In this document: piece by piece, positions 47,779-57,845 of the stretch
How the letters are laid out: every line of letters begins with the position of its first letter
Numbering within the stretch: the stretch's first letter is position 1
Assembly: GCA_964422585.1 (NCBI GenBank)
Contig: CAYRBH010000004.1
Coordinates: 886-64,885, forward strand
Origin: an uncultured Gammaproteobacteria bacterium
GTDB lineage: Bacteria > Patescibacteriota > Patescibacteriia > UBA1558 > 2-01-FULL-52-15
Direction: 5' to 3'
Length of the DNA: 64,000 nucleotides
Position numbers and translations under genes: made by a program
Notes under the pieces: generated by a model
Database searches by the model: none
What the model was told of the DNA's origin: nothing
The model's input: the letters and a program-made list of their open reading frames with translations, nothing else

Positions 47779-49078
47779 ACGCGGTATCACGCTGGATACA
47801 CTCTGTACCCTGGCTATCCTGCTCATGCCCTGGCAGGCGAGATGGATCTTCGCGTATCATCTACTCTATGGTCAACGCTATGAGTATGGGGTCATTGGTA
47901 TCTATGCGAGTTCGGTGTTCCTGATTACTGCAGTCGTCGTGCTGCTTCGGGAAAAGGGTTTTCCATTCAAGGTCCAACGATCAGGACTATATCTCGTCGC
48001 GTGGCTTCTCTTATTAGTCTTGTTTCAACCTGATCATGATCTGGGATTTTATTATTGCTTGATGCTGCTCCTGACCTTTGGTTACTTTCTCATTGCTGCG
48101 CTCTGGGATAGGTCACGGCTTATAACGGCAAGCGTCGCAAGCGGGATACTGCAAACGCTCATCGCGTGGAAATTTTTCATTGCCCAATACATAGGACCCT
48201 CTACTATAGCGGGAGTTGCTGAACATGCGCCTGAAGTAGCAGGACAGTCTGTCGTTATCATCAATGGGCGCAGGATCTTGCGATCGTATGGCCTCTTGCC
48301 GCATCCGAATATCCTGGGAGGTTTTCTGGTCCTGAGCTTTGCCCTTGCTCTGTATCGATTCTTTCAGGATAGAAGCTCCTCGACGCAAGCAGCGTGGCAT
48401 ACTATTTTGGAACGCCTCTTCCCGCTGCTTTTCATATTCTCCGGAATTCTCATAACCTTTTCACGAGCAGCGTTGATCGAAGCAGGGCTGCTCATGTTCT
48501 GCTGGTTAATCTATAGCTATCTCATACAAGAGCAGCGTCTTTTCCGAAAACTTATTCATATCAGCGTCTATTGTCTTTTCATTTTCATCGTTTTCAATAT
48601 CGTAAGTTCAGGAGCATGGACACAACGATTCCTGCTCTCGAGCGGCGATGATCTGATGGGCAATGCTCGTTTAGAACAAATCTCAACTGACGAGAGAATA
48701 GCGTCCTATGAACAGGCTGCGGTATTTTTCACGCCCGGCAATCTGCTCTGGGGCATCGGTTTAGGAGAGTATGTGCCGAAACTCGCGCAAGTATTTCCTT
48801 CACTACCGGTCTATACCTATCAGCCAACGCATACTGCCTTCATCCTGGCGCTTCTTGAAATAGGGATCATCGGGATCCTGCTCTTTCTGTGTTTATGCAT
48901 AGCATTACTGAAGAAAGCCTGGCATGAGCAAAGAACCAATGTGCAGCAGCAGTATTTTTTCTCACTCATCGTCGTTGTAGCGTTCATGGGTTTATTCGAT
49001 CATTTCTTATGGACGCAGTATATCGGACAATCGATCTGGTGGCTGACTCTCGGACTAGCCGCGAATACTCAAAAGTAA
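47753..49078 (+). CDS. O-antigen ligase (Wzy_C/WaaL)-like polytopic membrane protein
   Basis: The periplasmic-loop motif YQPTHTAFILALLEIGIIG resembles the H.AHN.yL..l.E.G..G ligase signature. About 10–12 TM helices. Confidence 0.55.
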   Translation: MNIFGPMLRRGITLDTLCTLAILLMPWQARWIFAYHLLYGQRYEYGVIGIYASSVFLITAVVVLLREKGFPFKVQRSGLYLVAWLLLLVLFQPDHDLGFYYCLMLLLTFGYFLIAALWDRSRLITASVASGILQTLIAWKFFIAQYIGPSTIAGVAEHAPEVAGQSVVIINGRRILRSYGLLPHPNILGGFLVLSFALALYRFFQDRSSSTQAAWHTILERLFPLLFIFSGILITFSRAALIEAGLLMFCWLIYSYLIQEQRLFRKLIHISVYCLFIFIVFNIVSSGAWTQRFLLSSGDDLMGNARLEQISTDERIASYEQAAVFFTPGNLLWGIGLGEYVPKLAQVFPSLPVYTYQPTHTAFILALLEIGIIGILLFLCLCIALLKKAWHEQRTNVQQQYFFSLIVVVAFMGLFDHFLWTQYIGQSIWWLTLGLAANTQK

Positions 49079-49188
49079 ATTATTAGAAAAGCAAAACACC
49101 CATCTCCGCTTCAGCATTGCTGCTGAGAGAAATGGGTGTTGATTATCGCGTTCCGCGCGACGGCGGGGGACGAGCTATAGTGTCCCGA

Positions 49189-49764
49189 CTACTTGGGTTT
49201 GCCGTCGTCAGGCTTTGCTTCGGCAGCCTTAGCAGCTTCAGCTGCCGCCTCTTTTGCTTTTTCGTTGGCCTCACTGAGCAGGCGCTCCGCTTCGAGGCCT
49301 TGCATCCGTTCGGCTCGTGCCTTGGCATCGTAACGCATGTCGATACTTACGACCCTCACGACGCGCTCGTAGTTGAGCTGGTCTGCGCTTGCTTTTGGCT
49401 CTGCAGGTTCGGATTTCTCAGCCGGTACGATCCGGAATTGTGCCCTCTCCGGCTTGGTGACCTTGTACTCGCGGATGAGCACATGGTCACCGACCTTGAC
49501 CTTGAGGGACGTTGCGATCGTCTCCACGGAGTTGATCATCCTTCCCTTTTCATCTCCGTTGGCCGACTGAACGTAGATGAGTTGATACCCCGAGAATGGG
49601 ATCTCATCGGGGTAGATTGCGAGTACTGTCGACTCGCCGAGCGGGTCGTTCGAGGACAGTCTTGCGCGATCCCAATGCTCGTCCTCCTTCGCCTTCTTGT
49701 CTCCGCAGCCCACGAGGAGTATGACGGCGAAGCTGCATGTCAGCATGGTCAGAAACTTGTGCAT
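49189..49764 (-). CDS. Lipoprotein, function unknown, in a GC-rich islet
   Basis: Lipobox LLVGC, a central beta-rich region and an Ala/Glu/Lys-rich tail. About 60% GC. Confidence 0.5.
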   Translation of the reverse strand: MHKFLTMLTCSFAVILLVGCGDKKAKEDEHWDRARLSSNDPLGESTVLAIYPDEIPFSGYQLIYVQSANGDEKGRMINSVETIATSLKVKVGDHVLIREYKVTKPERAQFRIVPAEKSEPAEPKASADQLNYERVVRVVSIDMRYDAKARAERMQGLEAERLLSEANEKAKEAAAEAAKAAEAKPDDGKPK

Positions 49765-49824
49765 CGAATCTCCTTGTAAGCACGCCTTCTTTCGAAGGCG
49801 CGCTCGGTTCAGTCATCAGGTGGA

Positions 49825-50397
49825 TTACAGACGGGAATGCGCGAAGCCGAGCAGCGCCATGAGCACGAGAGTGCCGATCACGCCGGGGGCGTCGAACTTG
49901 CCGCTCTTCATCTTGCCGACGAAAGCGTTGGCGAGAGGGAGATACACCATGAAGAGGCCGGTCACCATTCGAGCGTCCTGCGGGTCCACGTGGCTGGTGT
50001 GCCTGTAGAACAAGAGGGCGATCGTCACGACCGCTGTCAGGTGGAACGCATTCACCAGGCCCGAAGCCGTGAAGTTCAGGCCGGGGGAGCAGATGTGTTC
50101 CTGTCGGTCTGTCATCAGCGACCACACGACGTGCAGTCCGATGGAGATCACCGTTCCGTACAGAAGGTTCTCGCCGATCTGTTCCGGTGTCCACTGGGGG
50201 GCGTACTTCCACATGATGCTGGCGGCCAGCGGGATGAGGATGAAATTGCCCCACATCGCCGAGTGCCGGACGAACGGGAAGCCGTTCTTGAAGCCCTTGT
50301 CGTGCATCTGGACGGACGTGAACAGTCTTTGCCCCGCGGCCAGAAAGGCAGCGAGGAGAAAGAAAGAGACAGCGACCAAGAACGCCATGTTCAGCAT
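49825..50397 (-). CDS. Integral membrane protein (about 5 TM helices), function unknown, in a GC-rich islet
   Basis: Clear hydrophobic helices. The overlapping alternative frames (49604..50254 -, 49837..50448 +) translate to Arg/His-rich low-complexity sequence. Confidence 0.5.
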   Translation of the reverse strand: MLNMAFLVAVSFFLLAAFLAAGQRLFTSVQMHDKGFKNGFPFVRHSAMWGNFILIPLAASIMWKYAPQWTPEQIGENLLYGTVISIGLHVVWSLMTDRQEHICSPGLNFTASGLVNAFHLTAVVTIALLFYRHTSHVDPQDARMVTGLFMVYLPLANAFVGKMKSGKFDAPGVIGTLVLMALLGFAHSRL

Positions 50398-50573
50398 ACT
50401 ACCTACCTCCGATATGACGCGCGAAGCGTCCGAGTTAGAGCAAGGTGAGTCGCTCCTACTATATTTGAAAGGTTTTTAGGCCTTTTTTGATGTGCTATCA
50501 AGGTACTGCGTAACTTTAGATATTACCATTTTTATTCATTTTTGTCAATATATGCCTTTTTTTAGCGAACTTC

Positions 50574-50602
50574 TTGACACCACTATCTATTTTACATACA
50601 AT
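50574..50602 (+). promoter_or_regulatory. Sigma70-type promoter of groES-groEL: TTGACA-17 nt-TACAAT
   Basis: -35 at 50574–50579, -10 at 50597–50602, spacer exactly 17 nt. Confidence 0.8.
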
Positions 50603-50609
50603 ACCGAAG

Positions 50610-50636
50610 CTAGCACTCGAAATATATGAGTGCTAA
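50610..50636 (+). promoter_or_regulatory. CIRCE operator (HrcA binding site): cTAGCACTC-N9-GAGTGCTAA
   Basis: Matches the CIRCE consensus TTAGCACTC-N9-GAGTGCTAA at 17 of 18 positions, located between the promoter and groES. Confidence 0.9.
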
Positions 50637-50669
50637 TCATACTATTAATAGCACTAATGTAGAGAACCT

Positions 50670-50945
50670 ATGAAGTTACGACCACTAGGGTATCGAATAG
50701 TCGTGAAGCCTACGCCGAAAGAAGAGGTGACTAAATCAGGTATTATTTTGCCCGAATCAGTCGATAAAGAGAATAAGGCCGAGGGTGAAGTGATCGCTAT
50801 TGGGAATGGCGAACGTATACAGAAGCTGAACTTGAAGATCGGAGACAAGGTTGTCTATAGTCAGTATGGCGGTTCAGAAGTGAAGATCGATGGTAAAGAG
50901 TATAAAATTTTGGCCGGCGAAGATGTACTCGCAGTCATTGAATAA
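50670..50945 (+). CDS. groES: Co-chaperonin GroES
   Basis: 91 aa with the mobile-loop and roof-hairpin pattern (RPLGYRIVVKP...GIILPESV). Confidence 0.93.
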   Translation: MKLRPLGYRIVVKPTPKEEVTKSGIILPESVDKENKAEGEVIAIGNGERIQKLNLKIGDKVVYSQYGGSEVKIDGKEYKILAGEDVLAVIE

Positions 50946-52646
<1,701 letters not shown>

Positions 52647-52761
52647 TCGAGCTGCGTTGTAGCAGCATTGTTCGAAGGCAAAGGTATACTAGTAAGAAAC
52701 ATGATAAAGAGATTCCCTAGGGAGTCTCTTTACTTTGTGCTATACTGATGTTGTAACAATT

Positions 52762-53439
52762 ATGCCAGACGAAGATAACAAAAAGAAAAAATTCAATCCC
52801 TACCTAGCTCCGACCGAAGGTGAGGATGAGCCGAAATTGGACGATGAAGATGAGGATACCCCTCAGCCCTCTGAAGATGAGCAGGTAGAAGAAGAGTTTG
52901 GTGATGACGATGATGGCGGACAAGTAGCTGTCCAGACCCCGGATCAAGAGATGTATGAGGTCGATGAGATGGCGGATGCGTCGAACGAGAAACCGCAGGA
53001 GGCGCCAGTAGTAGCGGCAACTCCTGAGGTTAAGGCAGAGAAGCCTCGTTCATGGAGCCTCTCCGCGCTCGGTCTTATACTCATACTGATGCTGTGTGAC
53101 ATAGTTGCGCAGCGGATGGGCATACAATGGTTCTGGACTCCGCGCACGATATATAGCATGTCGTATGTCTTGAGGGCCGGTACCTTGCTGGTGGCAGCGT
53201 ATGCCTGGCATCGTTCACTGTTTCGTGATGATCGTATTGCATTTCGATCTGTCTTCATCTGGCTCGGGCTGGTTTCAGGCATCCTGCTCGCGCTACTTCG
53301 CTTCATCGGCGAGCCATCATTCTGGGCATTCATCAATATGGTCGTCGAACCGCTGGACAGCACCATTCTCGCGCTGGCCATGTGGTATATCGTGCAGCAT
53401 CTAACAACTAAATTAAAACTAATCAAACAAACAGTATGA
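52762..53439 (+). CDS. Hypothetical membrane protein with a highly acidic N-terminal region and about 4 TM helices
   Basis: Asp/Glu-rich first about 90 aa (DDEDEDTPQPSEDEQVEEEFGDDDDGG), then hydrophobic helices. Confidence 0.4.
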   Translation: MPDEDNKKKKFNPYLAPTEGEDEPKLDDEDEDTPQPSEDEQVEEEFGDDDDGGQVAVQTPDQEMYEVDEMADASNEKPQEAPVVAATPEVKAEKPRSWSLSALGLILILMLCDIVAQRMGIQWFWTPRTIYSMSYVLRAGTLLVAAYAWHRSLFRDDRIAFRSVFIWLGLVSGILLALLRFIGEPSFWAFINMVVEPLDSTILALAMWYIVQHLTTKLKLIKQTV

Positions 53440-53750
53440 AAAATACATCCAAAGTGAAAGTGGCGAATGTGCCGGAGCATGAGCGCTTCACAGCGGCATT
53501 ATCGTATGTCTGGGTATTGTCGCTGTATCCGCTGCTCTTCAAAAAAGACTCCTCATTCATACAGTTTCATGCGAAGCAGGGTGTCGCCTTGTTCGTCATA
53601 GAGCTGTTGAGCTTCGTGTTTCTATTCTTCGCTCCACTGGTCATCATCGCCTGCGTCATCATCTCCATCCTCGGTATTCGGGCAGCGCTCGCAGGACAGT
53701 ACTGGAGCGTTCCTTTTTTGGGTGACTGGGTCAAGAAATTGGGGATTTAA
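53436..53750 (+). CDS. Small membrane protein, DUF4870-like
   Basis: TAALSYVWVLSL...FHAKQG pattern. 104 aa with 2–3 TM helices. Confidence 0.35.
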   Translation: MKNTSKVKVANVPEHERFTAALSYVWVLSLYPLLFKKDSSFIQFHAKQGVALFVIELLSFVFLFFAPLVIIACVIISILGIRAALAGQYWSVPFLGDWVKKLGI

Positions 53751-53766
53751 TAACTAAGGAGCTTTC

Positions 53767-56160
53767 ATGCAAAAGAAAAACAGATACATACTGTGGTTCA
53801 AGGAAACCGGTATCAAGGACATTCCCTTGGTCGGCGGTAAGAACGCGTCTCTCGGCGAGATGTTCCAATTTCTGACGCCGAAAGGTGTTCGCATTCCCAA
53901 TGGTTTCTCTGTCACGGCCCAGGCATATAACTATTTCTTACGTGAGACCGGCTTGCGAAGTCGCATCAAGGCCATACTTGCTGATTTGAACACTAAGAGC
54001 ATCCATAATCTCCAAGAGCGCGGTCATAAAGTCAGGCAGGAGATACTGAAAGCGACTTTCCCTCAGGATCTGCAGAATGAAATCTTGAAGAATTATCATG
54101 AGCTCTCGAAGCTCTATCAGTTGAATGATGTCGACGTAGCTATCCGTTCATCGGCGACGGCAGAAGACTTACCTGACGCGTCATTCGCAGGACAGCAGGA
54201 GAGCTATTTGAATATTCGCGGGGACTATGCAGTGCTTGATGCGTGTAAGAAATGCGTCTCGTCATTGTTCACTGACCGAGCTATCTCATATCGTACCGAT
54301 AAGCATTTCGATCATTTCGATATTGCCTTGTCCATCACGGTGCAGAAGATGGTCCGCTCAGATAAAGCTTGCTCTGGCGTTATGTTCACGATCGACACTG
54401 AATCAGGGTTCCGTGATACGGTGCTCATCAATGCGTCCTATGGCTTGGGCGAGTATATCGTGAAAGGTGAAGTCACGCCGGATGAATACTATGTGTTTAA
54501 ACCATTACTGAAAACGAAGTTCAAGCCCATCGTTGGCAAAACACTCGGATCAAAAGTACGTAAACTCATTTACGCGCATGGTGGTAATGCGCCGACGAAA
54601 AATATGCAGGTAAGCCCGGAAGATAGGATCAAGTTTGCATTGACGGATACTGAAGTATTGCAGCTCGCGAAATGGGGCGTGCAGATCGAGCAGCACTATA
54701 AGAAGCCAATGGACATGGAGTGGGCCAAGGATGGCGTTTCCGACGAGCTCTATATTGTTCAGGCGCGCCCTGAGACCGTCGTATCTAGGAAAGATGCCGC
54801 CGTGCTCGAAGAGTATCGTCTGCAGGAACGAGGCAGGGTCCTGGCGAAGGGAGCTTCGGTCGGTTCGAAGATCGGCATGGGTCGGGCGAATACTATCAAG
54901 GACGTGAATGAAATTGATAAGTTCCATGAGGGCGAGGTCCTGATCACTGAGATGACAGACCCTGATTGGGAGCCGATCATGAAGAAGGCATCGGCTATCG
55001 TTACCAATTCCGGCGGACGCACTTGTCACGCTGCTATCGTTTCCCGCGAGCTCGGCATCCCGTGCGTTGTGGGCACGACTAATGGCACGCATACGATCAA
55101 GCATGGCTCGACCGTGACCGTATCCTGCGCTGAAGGTGACACCGGCTATATCTATGCTGGTAAGCTCAAATATGACATCAAGAAAACAGATCTGAAGAAA
55201 TTCAAACTGCCGACCAGAACGAAGATCATGATGAATGTAGCGAACCCTGAAACGGCTTTCGCGACCAGTTTCATCCCGAATGAAGGCGTGGGTCTTGCTC
55301 GCGAAGAGTTGATCATCAATAATGCGATCAAGATACATCCTTTGGCGCTCGTGCATTTCGACAAGCTGAAGGATACGAAGGCGAAGCGACAGATCGCGCA
55401 TTTGACCGTGGGCTATAAGGACAAGAAAGAGTACTATATCGATAAGCTGGCTCATGGTGTCGCGCGCATCGCGGCCGCATTCTATCCGAAAGATGTTATT
55501 ATTCGCTTGGCGGATTTCCGCTCCAATGAGTACTCAGAGCTTATCGGCGGCCGCGAATTCGAACCAACCGACGAGCGCAATCCGATGATTGGCTGGCGTG
55601 GAGCGAGCAGGTACTATACACCTGCGTATATCCCTGCCTTTGTCCTAGAATTGAAGGCCATCAAACGCGTGCGAGAAGTAATGGGGCTGAAGAATTTGAA
55701 AGTGATGATACCATTCTGCCGCACCATCGATGAAGGAAAGAAAGTCTTGAAAATTATGGCTGACAATGGCTTGAAGCAGGGCGTTGACGGACTCGAGGTC
55801 TATGTGATGTGCGAGATACCATCGAATGTGATACTCGCCGATCAGTTCTCGAAGCTCTTCGACGGATTCTCTATCGGTTCCAATGATCTGACGCAGCTCA
55901 TCCTTGGGGTTGATCGTGATTCTGAGTTGGTTAGCAAGGTGTATGATGAAAATAATGATGCGGTGAAGCGGATGATCTCGCAGGTCATCAAAACCGCTAA
56001 GAAGAATAAATGCAAGATCGGCATCTGTGGTCAGGCGCCGTCGGATTTCCCTGAATTCGCCAAGTTCTTGATGAAAGAAGGGATTGATTCGATATCCCTG
56101 AATCCTGATACCGTGATCAAGACATCCGTTGCTTTGAACGCAATGAATAAGAGAACATAA
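53767..56160 (+). CDS. ppsA: Phosphoenolpyruvate synthase (pyruvate, water dikinase)
   Basis: The N-terminal ATP-grasp region (GGKNASLGEM), the phospho-His domain (GGRTCHAAIVSRELGIPCVVG) and the C-terminal PEP-utilising domain are all recognisable. 797 aa. Confidence 0.92.
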   Translation: MQKKNRYILWFKETGIKDIPLVGGKNASLGEMFQFLTPKGVRIPNGFSVTAQAYNYFLRETGLRSRIKAILADLNTKSIHNLQERGHKVRQEILKATFPQDLQNEILKNYHELSKLYQLNDVDVAIRSSATAEDLPDASFAGQQESYLNIRGDYAVLDACKKCVSSLFTDRAISYRTDKHFDHFDIALSITVQKMVRSDKACSGVMFTIDTESGFRDTVLINASYGLGEYIVKGEVTPDEYYVFKPLLKTKFKPIVGKTLGSKVRKLIYAHGGNAPTKNMQVSPEDRIKFALTDTEVLQLAKWGVQIEQHYKKPMDMEWAKDGVSDELYIVQARPETVVSRKDAAVLEEYRLQERGRVLAKGASVGSKIGMGRANTIKDVNEIDKFHEGEVLITEMTDPDWEPIMKKASAIVTNSGGRTCHAAIVSRELGIPCVVGTTNGTHTIKHGSTVTVSCAEGDTGYIYAGKLKYDIKKTDLKKFKLPTRTKIMMNVANPETAFATSFIPNEGVGLAREELIINNAIKIHPLALVHFDKLKDTKAKRQIAHLTVGYKDKKEYYIDKLAHGVARIAAAFYPKDVIIRLADFRSNEYSELIGGREFEPTDERNPMIGWRGASRYYTPAYIPAFVLELKAIKRVREVMGLKNLKVMIPFCRTIDEGKKVLKIMADNGLKQGVDGLEVYVMCEIPSNVILADQFSKLFDGFSIGSNDLTQLILGVDRDSELVSKVYDENNDAVKRMISQVIKTAKKNKCKIGICGQAPSDFPEFAKFLMKEGIDSISLNPDTVIKTSVALNAMNKRT

Positions 56161-56170
56161 CTGCAAGACT

Positions 56171-56449
56171 ATGCATGAAGGAGAAAAAGATTTTCAGGAG
56201 GATATGATGGGGGAGCTTGGTAATCCACGAGAAGGTAAGGAGGGTGCTATGGATGGAGAGATGGAGGCCGCCGTCACGCAGTTCAAGGGCTTCACTTTGC
56301 AAGAAGCGGTATTTGTCACAGGTATGCAAGGAGAGCACGTTATTCATGCCTTCTATCCTGAGACTAATGAAGTAGAAGTGTTGCCTGCGTTGGGCGCAGA
56401 TGACGATGAAAGAAAAATCGTCTCAGTCGATCGTCTGGTGAAGAAATAG
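56171..56449 (+). CDS. Hypothetical small acidic protein (92 aa)
   Basis: ORF only, immediately downstream of ppsA. Confidence 0.3.
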   Translation: MHEGEKDFQEDMMGELGNPREGKEGAMDGEMEAAVTQFKGFTLQEAVFVTGMQGEHVIHAFYPETNEVEVLPALGADDDERKIVSVDRLVKK

Positions 56450-56521
56450 AAAGTGCCGCCAGAGCATTATGCTGGTATATTGACTTTCTGCTCCTGTCTT
56501 TTTATAATCCCTGCGCTTCAG

Positions 56522-56609
56522 GGAGAGTTCGCATAGTGGTCTAGTGCGCACGCTTGGAAAGCGTGTATACCGCAAGGTATCGAGGGTTCGAATCCCTCAC
56601 TCTCCGCCA
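56522..56609 (+). tRNA. tRNA-Ser (anticodon GGA), type II with a long variable arm, CCA encoded
   Basis: Folded by hand: acceptor GGAGAGT/ACTCTCC; D-arm GCA/TGC with a long D-loop; anticodon stem CACGC/GCGTG with loop TTGGAAA; variable arm TATACCGCAAGGTATC; T-arm GAGGG-TTCGAAT-CCCTC; discriminator G; CCA. Confidence 0.85.
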
Positions 56610-56648
56610 TTGCTTTCTAGGCTCATTGAAGATGAGTATAGAAAGCAA
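56610..56648 (+). repeat. Perfect 10-bp-stem hairpin (ttgctttcta ... tagaaagcaa) immediately 3' of the tRNA
   Basis: Visible in the sequence; the loop contains a nested ctcat/atgag stem. Confidence 0.6.
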
Positions 56649-56784
56649 TAGTCAGGTAAAGGATTCGAACGGGCAGCAGCGAGATGTGAGTGAAGACGAA
56701 CAATCGAGCGCCGACTGAAGCGAGCGAGCAGAGCTTCAGGCGCTGCCCCTGGACAACGAAGCGGCCAGCCGGCCGCGAGGCGAA

Positions 56785-56803
56785 AATCCCTCACTCTCCG
56801 CCA
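56785..56803 (+). repeat. 19-nt direct repeat of the tRNA-Ser 3' end (AATCCCTCACTCTCCGCCA): an att-like duplication
   Basis: Identical to 56591–56609. It lies 176 bp downstream of the tRNA and directly upstream of the AT-rich cargo genes. Confidence 0.8.
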
Positions 56804-56858
56804 GGAATACTTAGTATCGGATGACCTGAATATTTTGAGATTTGCTATACATACCTAT

Positions 56859-57164
56859 ATGAGTAGAACAATTTCCAGCGGCGTCGCACATGGGCTACCA
56901 GCAGACTTGCGGCAAGCTCTATCATCTGATCCAAAAGCATTGGCTGCCTGGGAAGACATCACGCCACTTTCGCGCAATGAATGGATTTGCTGGACTATCT
57001 TCGTTAAAACTCCAGAGAAGAGGAAGGAGCATGTCAGCAGAGTCATCTCAGAACTTAAGGAAGGCATGCGTCGCCCGTGTTGTTGGCTTGGCTGCACTCA
57101 TCGCACAGATAAAAAACTAAGCCCTTCGCAAAAGTTTGTACTCAGTAAAAGGGCTAGAAAGTGA
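56859..57164 (+). CDS. YdeI/OmdA-domain (bacteriocin-protection-associated family) protein
   Basis: ITPLSRNEWICWTIFVKTPEKRKEHVSRVISELKEGMRRPC parallels the family core (LSPSHRREYVEWI.EAKKPETRERRI....L..GKR). Confidence 0.5.
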   Translation: MSRTISSGVAHGLPADLRQALSSDPKALAAWEDITPLSRNEWICWTIFVKTPEKRKEHVSRVISELKEGMRRPCCWLGCTHRTDKKLSPSQKFVLSKRARK

Positions 57165-57229
57165 GACTCGCCCAGAGCCTTGTTGTCTTCAGCCTAGAGG
57201 CGATAGAATAAGGTTTTAGGCAATCATCA

Positions 57230-57718
57230 ATGAAAAATAATATGGATAAGGAGATAGTTACACCAGCGTATTTAGACGCCGCAAGAGAAAAGAAGGCAAT
57301 TTTGGATTATATTCTTCAAAATTGTATCTTCGCCTTCGACGAGTTGTGTCGCGTCAATAAGAGGCTCATCGCCGGACTCAGTCCCAGTTCTAATGCCGAT
57401 GTAAACCATCTTGGAGCTATGAATAGAATGATTCAAGATTATTTAATCATTCGGGTTGCAGGATTATTCGATAAAACAGAATATAGAACAAACGGCGCCA
57501 ATGATGAGGTAGTTTCTTTCGAAAAAATATATCGGGGAGATCAAAAATATAAAGAATTAAAACAGGAAGAAGTGATCAAGTATATCATTAATCAAAGGGA
57601 TAACTTTGTTGCGCATACGAACAAAAATCATATCGAAAATAATTTTCCAGCAACCAGAAAAATTTGTGATTCTAATCTTAAAGAATTGTTAAAGGACTTG
57701 GCGGATTTGTTAAATTAG
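57230..57718 (+). CDS. AT-rich all-helical protein with a C-terminal HEPN-like Rx5H motif (RDNFVAH): candidate HEPN/Abi-type RNase
   Basis: 162 aa. The R-x5-H motif sits near the C-terminus. Codon usage is markedly AT-rich compared with neighbours. No partner MNT/antitoxin was recognised. Confidence 0.35.
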   Translation: MKNNMDKEIVTPAYLDAAREKKAILDYILQNCIFAFDELCRVNKRLIAGLSPSSNADVNHLGAMNRMIQDYLIIRVAGLFDKTEYRTNGANDEVVSFEKIYRGDQKYKELKQEEVIKYIINQRDNFVAHTNKNHIENNFPATRKICDSNLKELLKDLADLLN

Positions 57719-57845
57719 CCACCAAGGAAAAACCTAGTCAAAAATTGGAAGTGAAAAAATGATTTTTTGTACAAATCATTTTTTTTGGGCTATGATACAT
57801 TCTATGTCATCTGCTCTCCAGTCATCTGATAGGAAATGGGCGCAT

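Noticed and set aside
49604-50448. ORFs 49604..50254 (-) and 49837..50448 (+) overlapping the GC-rich membrane protein gene
   Set aside because: Both translate to His/Arg/Glu-rich low-complexity strings. The 49825..50397 (-) frame gives clean TM helices.
54550-55455. 301-aa minus-strand ORF inside ppsA
   Set aside because: Antisense to a confident PEP synthase CDS; no features.
56610-56803. Second tRNA or tmRNA in the 176-bp segment between the tRNA-Ser and its 3'-end repeat
   Set aside because: A degenerate T-arm-like GAGG-CGAAAAT-CCCTC plus ACTCTCCGCCA is present, but no matching acceptor 5' strand or anticodon arm. It is interpreted as an att-type duplication rather than a gene.
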